Source: Candidatus Shapirobacteria bacterium (lineage in GTDB: Bacteria > Patescibacteriota > Microgenomatia > UBA12405). Taken from it: 64,000 nucleotides of DNA. The notes under the pieces were generated by a model that did not search any database, was not told where the DNA came from, and saw only the letters and a program-made list of their open reading frames with translations. The first letter of the stretch is position 1; every line of letters starts with the position of its first letter. Below, one piece after another: positions 59,202 through 64,000 of this stretch. The position numbers were made by a program, and so were the translations under genes. The DNA is taken from the NCBI GenBank assembly GCA_041665485.1, contig JBAYIT010000001.1:140270-204269 (forward strand), given 5' to 3'.

Positions 59202-59927
59202 ATACTGCAGATCGCAGGGTGAAATATATCTGAAACCATTTGCTAACAAACAGACAAAGCTCCGTAAGGGGTGATGTCGTGCCTATTGAAGAATGAGCCC
59301 GCGAGTGTTCTCAATTACCAAGTTTAATCCCCGATGGGGTGGAGGCGTAGCGAAAGCAAGTCTGAATAAGGCGATTAGGTAATTGGGGATGACCCGAAGC
59401 CACTTGAGCTAACCCTGGGCAGGGTGAACTTCGATGAAAATCGAAGGGAGGCCCGTACGGATCAGAGCTGCAAATCTGTCCGATGACTTGGGGTTAGGGG
59501 TAATATGCCAATCGAAAGTGGGAATAGCTGGCTCTCTCCGAAATATATATAGGTATAGCGCTTGGTGTTCAACGACGGGGGTAGAGCTACTGGATGAATG
59601 TTTTCAGCGCAAGCTGAGGCATTTAACCAAACTCCGAATACCGTTGTTCTAAGCCAGGCAGTCAGTCCGACCGGGCTAAGCTGGCCGGGCAAAAGGGGAA
59701 GACCCCAGACTCTCATCTAAGGTCTCTAAATCTATGCTAAGTGGGAAAGGTAGTGATTTTCCTCAGACAGGCAGGAGGTTGGCTCAGAAGCAGCCATCCT
59801 TTAAAGAAAGCGTAACAGCTCACTGTTCGATTTGTCCCGACGCAAGTTGGGACGGAGGAAGATTGCGCCGAAAATGTAACGAGGCTAAAGCATAGTACCG
59901 AAGGTGGAGAACTCGTCCTTTGGACGA

Positions 59928-60056
59928 GAAATTTCAATAATCAATAACCAATTTCCAAACAATAACCAATAACCAATTTCCAAATTTACAAACTTTTGTT
60001 TGTTATTTGAAATTTGTTATTTGTTTGGAACTTGTAGGTTTGTAATTTGGAATTTC
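59928..60056 (+). repeat. 23S insertion 2 (helix 45): inverted heptamer-repeat hairpin, IVS-like, no ORF
   Basis: aataacc/aatttcc units then complementary units; between taccgaag and ggtaggagagcgtt (E. coli ~1170 context). Confidence 0.8.
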
Positions 60057-61417
60057 CCGTCCAGAGGATGGGTTGGTAGGAGAGCGTTGTGGAGGCGGTG
60101 AAGGTTGGCTGTAAGGCTGGCTGGAGCGTCCACAAGTGAGAATGCGGGCATGAGTAGCGTAACTCTGGTGAGAATCCAGAGCGCCGAATATCCAAGGTTT
60201 CCTCAGCTACGTTGTTCGACTGAGGGTTAGGCGATCCTAACACGAACCTCGTATAATGCGGGGGTAGTGGACGGATAACCGGTTAATATTCCGGTCCTTT
60301 CTTGAATTCGTTTTAAGTTGGGGCATGACGACAAATGAAAGACTAGGTCTTGCAGTGAAATTGCAGGATTTAAGTATTAAGTTAGAAGGGGATTGGGAAA
60401 TCCGCCTCTTCGTTATAAAATGAAATACGAGTAGAAGTCTGGCGAAAGCCGGGCAATCTGGTTACGTTTATTTGTCCAAGAAAATTGTCGCAAATAGAAT
60501 TCAGGAAATTCGTACCAAAACCGACACTGGTGGATAGGTCGAGTAGACCAAGGCGATTGGAAGACAGATGGTTAAGGAACTTGGCAAATCAACTGGGCGT
60601 AAGTTTTACAAGATGCCCTGCCCCGATTAGTATCGGGGCTACAACAAAAGAATGCACGGCGACTGTTTACCACAAACACAGGTCCATGCAAACCCGTAAG
60701 GGGAAGTATATGGGCTGAAACCTGACCGGTGCCAGAAGGTTAAGAAGGCGGGTGATATCGCAAGATTGAGCCTGTTTTATAAGCCCTGGTGAACGTCAGC
60801 AGTAACTCTAACTGTTCTAAGGTAGCAAAGTCCTTTGTCGGGTAAGTTCCGACGCGTATGAAAGGTTTAACGACTGTGCAACTGTCTTAACTGTCTATCC
60901 AGCGAAATTGAAAGAGCGGTGAAGATGCCGTTTAGTTACTACAGGACAAAAAGACCCCATGAAGCTTTACTGGATCTTTACATTGATGAGAACTTAATGA
61001 TTGTCGAGCGTAGGAGGGAGCCTTCGGGCGTCAATGGAACACCTCCCTTTGTTAATTTCAAGTCTCACCTACTCCAATGGATGTTGGAGGGGAACCGTGT
61101 ATGGTTGCTAGTTTGCCTGGGGCAGGCACCTGCAAAAAAATAACGCGGGTACACAAAGGTCACCTTGGTCCGGCTAGAAATCGGACTATAAGTGCAAAAG
61201 CAAAAGGTGGCTTGACTGCGAGACATACTTGTCGAGGTCCCCGATTTATCGGGGGCATTTCAACCCAGTTTACTGTGTTGGAATCAGGGTCGAAAGACGG
61301 TTTTAGTGATCCTCGTGACCCACTGGTATGGGCACGGGCTTACTGGATAAAAGCTACTCTGGGGATAACAGGCTAGTCGCGTCCGATAGTTCATATTGAC
61401 GACGCGGTTCGGCACCT

Positions 61418-61699
61418 TAGCCAATTAAGGCTTATCGGGGTGGGCGGAAGTAATTCCGTTAGTCTGTTTTTTTTAATATCTAGCTCATAACGGTGAACGC
61501 TATATGCCAACACCGTGGGAAGTCCTCCGATGTGTTTCGGAGTGACCCCGTAACGACTTGTTGTTCGACGTCACGTCGAACACGGAGTCTTCTTTTTATT
61601 AAGGAGGCTAACACGCTAGCTCCTACTCTATCCGATGTTTATCGGATGACAAGAGGATGAAGGTATAGTCTAAAAATAACCTATTTATAGGTGAAATTG
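61418..61699 (+). ncRNA. Group I intron in 23S (after ~U2500), no homing endonuclease
   Basis: Interrupts ggcacct|cgatgtcg; exon ends U, intron ends G; IGS atcggggtg pairs with cacct (P1) and cgat (P10); gtaacgact and gaaggtatagtct core elements. Confidence 0.88.
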
Positions 61700-62240
61700 C
61701 GATGTCGACTTGGCGCATCCTGGCCTTGAAGAAGAGGCCAAGGGTTGGTCTGTTCGCCCATTAAAGCGCTGCGTTAGTTGGGTTCAGAGCGTCGCGAGAC
61801 AGCTCGGTCTCTATCCGTAGTAACCGTTCGATTCTTGAAGGGATTCACCTACAGTACGAGAGGACCTAGGTGAGGAAACCTCTAGTGGGCCAGTTGTTCC
61901 GTCAGGGGCAACGCTGGGTAGCTACGTTTCTATTTAGATAACTGCTGAAAGCATCTCAAGCAGGAAGCTGACCCTAAGATTAGGAATCGTTTTCCGAGCA
62001 ATCGGGATTAAGATCACCGGGAGACTACCGGTTTAATACTTTGGCGGTGGAAGGTCCGTAAGGATTTAAGCTTACCAAAGGATGGATCAAATAAATTTTT
62101 CAACAATTGCAACTCAATTTAGTCGCTAATATAGCGAAATCCTTGTTATGTTTTTTGAGTTCTGGCCAATGTGTGACCACGTTGGAGGAACTCAAAATTC
62201 CATAACTTCGGATTTTTTATTTTTAATAATTTGGTTTTTG

Positions 62241-62362
62241 GGTTCCGGTCATTGGAGCGATGTGGTACCACCTTTTCCCATTCCGAACAGAGAAGTGAAA
62301 CGCATCAGCGCTGACAATAGCTTCGGGGCAACTTGGAGTGAAAATAGGTCGTGACCGGAACC
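62241..62362 (+). rRNA. rrf: 5S rRNA
   Basis: ggttccggtc...cccattccgaac.gagaagtgaaac...gaccggaacc terminal stem. Confidence 0.93.
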
Positions 62363-62430
62363 GAGAAACCATGCGGGGAAGATTCAACAGATTGCATTTA
62401 TTCATTTATTTAGGGTAAACAATCCCGTTT

Positions 62431-62460
62431 ATCCCGAAGTAAATTTCGGGATTTTTATTT
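62431..62460 (+). terminator. Probable intrinsic terminator after 5S
   Basis: atcccgaagtaaatttcgggat hairpin followed by ttttattt. Confidence 0.55.
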
Positions 62461-62464
62461 AAAT

Positions 62465-63568
62465 ATGGCAAAAGTAAAAAAGGTAAGCAAAAAAAAGAAT
62501 GAGGCAATGACGATGGAGGAGTTGCTTTCGAATGAGAAAGTGGATTTGGTAGGACTTAAGAAAGGTCAGGAGTCTAAGGGAAGAATAACATCAATTAGGA
62601 GTAAGGCGATTTATATTGACGTTGGTGGAAAAACCGATGCGGTGGTGGCGGGAAAAGAATTTGAATTTGTTAAGGATTATGTTTCTGATTTAAAAACCGG
62701 AGACGAAATTGATGTTTTGATAAAACAGCCGGAAAACGATAAGGGCCAAATTTTAGTGTCGATTCGGGGAGCGGCTTCGGGTTATGGTTGGAACTATTTT
62801 AGCGAAAAAGAAAAATCGGGTGGAGAAGTGACAGTTTTTGCTAAGGAGCTAAACAGGGGTGGAGCGGTGGTGGTGGCTCCTTTTGGTTTCTTTGGATTTA
62901 TTCCAGGGAGTCAAATAGGTTCTAAATATGATGGAGACCCGGATAAGATGATTGGCAAAAAAGTGAAAGCCAAGGTGTTGGAGGTTGACCAAGCGAAAAA
63001 TAGATTGGTGTTTTCGGAGAGATTAGTGTCTGAGCCGGGAAAAGTGGGTGATGAAGCAAATGCAATTGAAGCCTTGGCTTTGGGTGATGAGTTCGAAGCA
63101 GATGTGGTTAGAGTTGAACCCTTTGGTGTTTTTGTAAGAATAGAGAAAGGAGAAATGAGACTTGAGGGACTGGTTCATATAAGTGAAATTTCTTGGGAGA
63201 AAGTTGAAAATGTTTCGAATATGTATAAACCAAAAGATAAAGTAGCAGTGAAGCTGATTAATAAAGATGATGGGAGGTTGCAATTTTCGATTAAGAGATT
63301 GCAATCTGATCCGTGGGAGAAGATTGAAGAAAGATATTCTAAAGACAAAGAAATTGATGGAGTGGTAACAAAAATTGCCAACTATGGAGCATTAGTTCGT
63401 CTGGAAAGCGGAATTGAGGGATTAGTGCATATTTCCAAATTGACATCGGGGATAAACTTTAAGGAAGGCGATAAACTTGAGGTTTACGTCGAATCTGTTG
63501 ATGTGGCCAAAAGAAAAATCTCTTTAGGACTAGTGGAGACAGATAAAAGTAGAGTAATTTACAAATAA
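62465..63568 (+). CDS. rpsA: 30S ribosomal protein S1 (four S1 domains)
   Basis: GFIPGSQ, EGLVHISEISW, SIKRLQSDPW, EGLVHISKL. Confidence 0.92.
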   Translation: MAKVKKVSKKKNEAMTMEELLSNEKVDLVGLKKGQESKGRITSIRSKAIYIDVGGKTDAVVAGKEFEFVKDYVSDLKTGDEIDVLIKQPENDKGQILVSIRGAASGYGWNYFSEKEKSGGEVTVFAKELNRGGAVVVAPFGFFGFIPGSQIGSKYDGDPDKMIGKKVKAKVLEVDQAKNRLVFSERLVSEPGKVGDEANAIEALALGDEFEADVVRVEPFGVFVRIEKGEMRLEGLVHISEISWEKVENVSNMYKPKDKVAVKLINKDDGRLQFSIKRLQSDPWEKIEERYSKDKEIDGVVTKIANYGALVRLESGIEGLVHISKLTSGINFKEGDKLEVYVESVDVAKRKISLGLVETDKSRVIYK

Positions 63569-63579
63569 AACCGTTAACC

Positions 63580-64000
63580 GTGATTAGTAAACAGTTAACA
63601 GAAAAACTAGAACGGATTGGGGTTAGAGTGCCAAGGATTTTATTGCCCAAGGAAGGGGTGGATATGAGTAAGTGGGCGGTGGTGGCCTGCGATCAATTTA
63701 CTTCGGAGCCGGAGTATTGGGCGGGAGTAGAAAGGCTGGTGGCCGAGGTGTCGTCGACTTATAAAATAACATTGCCGGAGGTGTACCTCGAAAGCCCAGA
63801 TAAACAGGAGAGAATTAAGGAAATAAATGAGGAAATGAAAAAATATTTGGATGAGGAGGTATTAGAGGAAAAGTTTGAAGGATTCGTGTTGGTAGAAAGA
63901 ACGTTGAAAAGTGGTAAGGAGAGGCGGGGATTAATGGTGGCGTTGGATTTGGAGAAATATGATTATCACAAGGGCAGTAAAACTTTGATTCGGGCAACAG
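63580..64000 (+). CDS. DUF1015 family protein, partial
   Basis: Hand translation ...IGVRVPRILLPKEGVDMSKWAVVACDQFTSEPEYW...ITLPEVYLE; runs off window. Confidence 0.75.
   Translation, partial: MISKQLTEKLERIGVRVPRILLPKEGVDMSKWAVVACDQFTSEPEYWAGVERLVAEVSSTYKITLPEVYLESPDKQERIKEINEEMKKYLDEEVLEEKFEGFVLVERTLKSGKERRGLMVALDLEKYDYHKGSKTLIRAT

Overview
64 kb of a small-genome bacterial chromosome, most likely Patescibacteria/CPR (Microgenomates-like; inferred from the gene inventory, VirB2-like pilin array, PrgI/VirB4 locus, unlinked and insertion-rich 23S rRNA). Housekeeping core: 5'-3' exonuclease, dnaN-dnaA with DnaA boxes, rpmH-rnpA-yidD-yidC-jag, ftsH, tRNA-Ile, tRNA-Ala, 23S, 5S, rpsA. Accessory content: a split type IV secretion-like system, a three-ligase ATP-grasp cluster, a cohesin/dockerin surface-protein array, and orphan ORFs with ADP-ribosyltransferase-, kinase-, HEXXH- and C39-peptidase-like motifs. 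The strongest unexplained signal is a window-wide family of ~7-bp-period repeat tracts and short GC-rich palindromes. They lie in intergenic DNA, in-frame inside genes and in 23S rRNA hairpin insertions. One unit type forms perfect 26-bp inverted repeats around a four-helix-bundle (23S-IVP/Avd-like) gene, suggesting a repeat-spreading element. Also notable: no GC-skew switch at dnaA, pervasive leaderless promoters, an ORF-less group I intron in 23S, and degenerate tRNA copies around a GIY-YIG gene. All product calls come from motif recognition by eye, not database searches.
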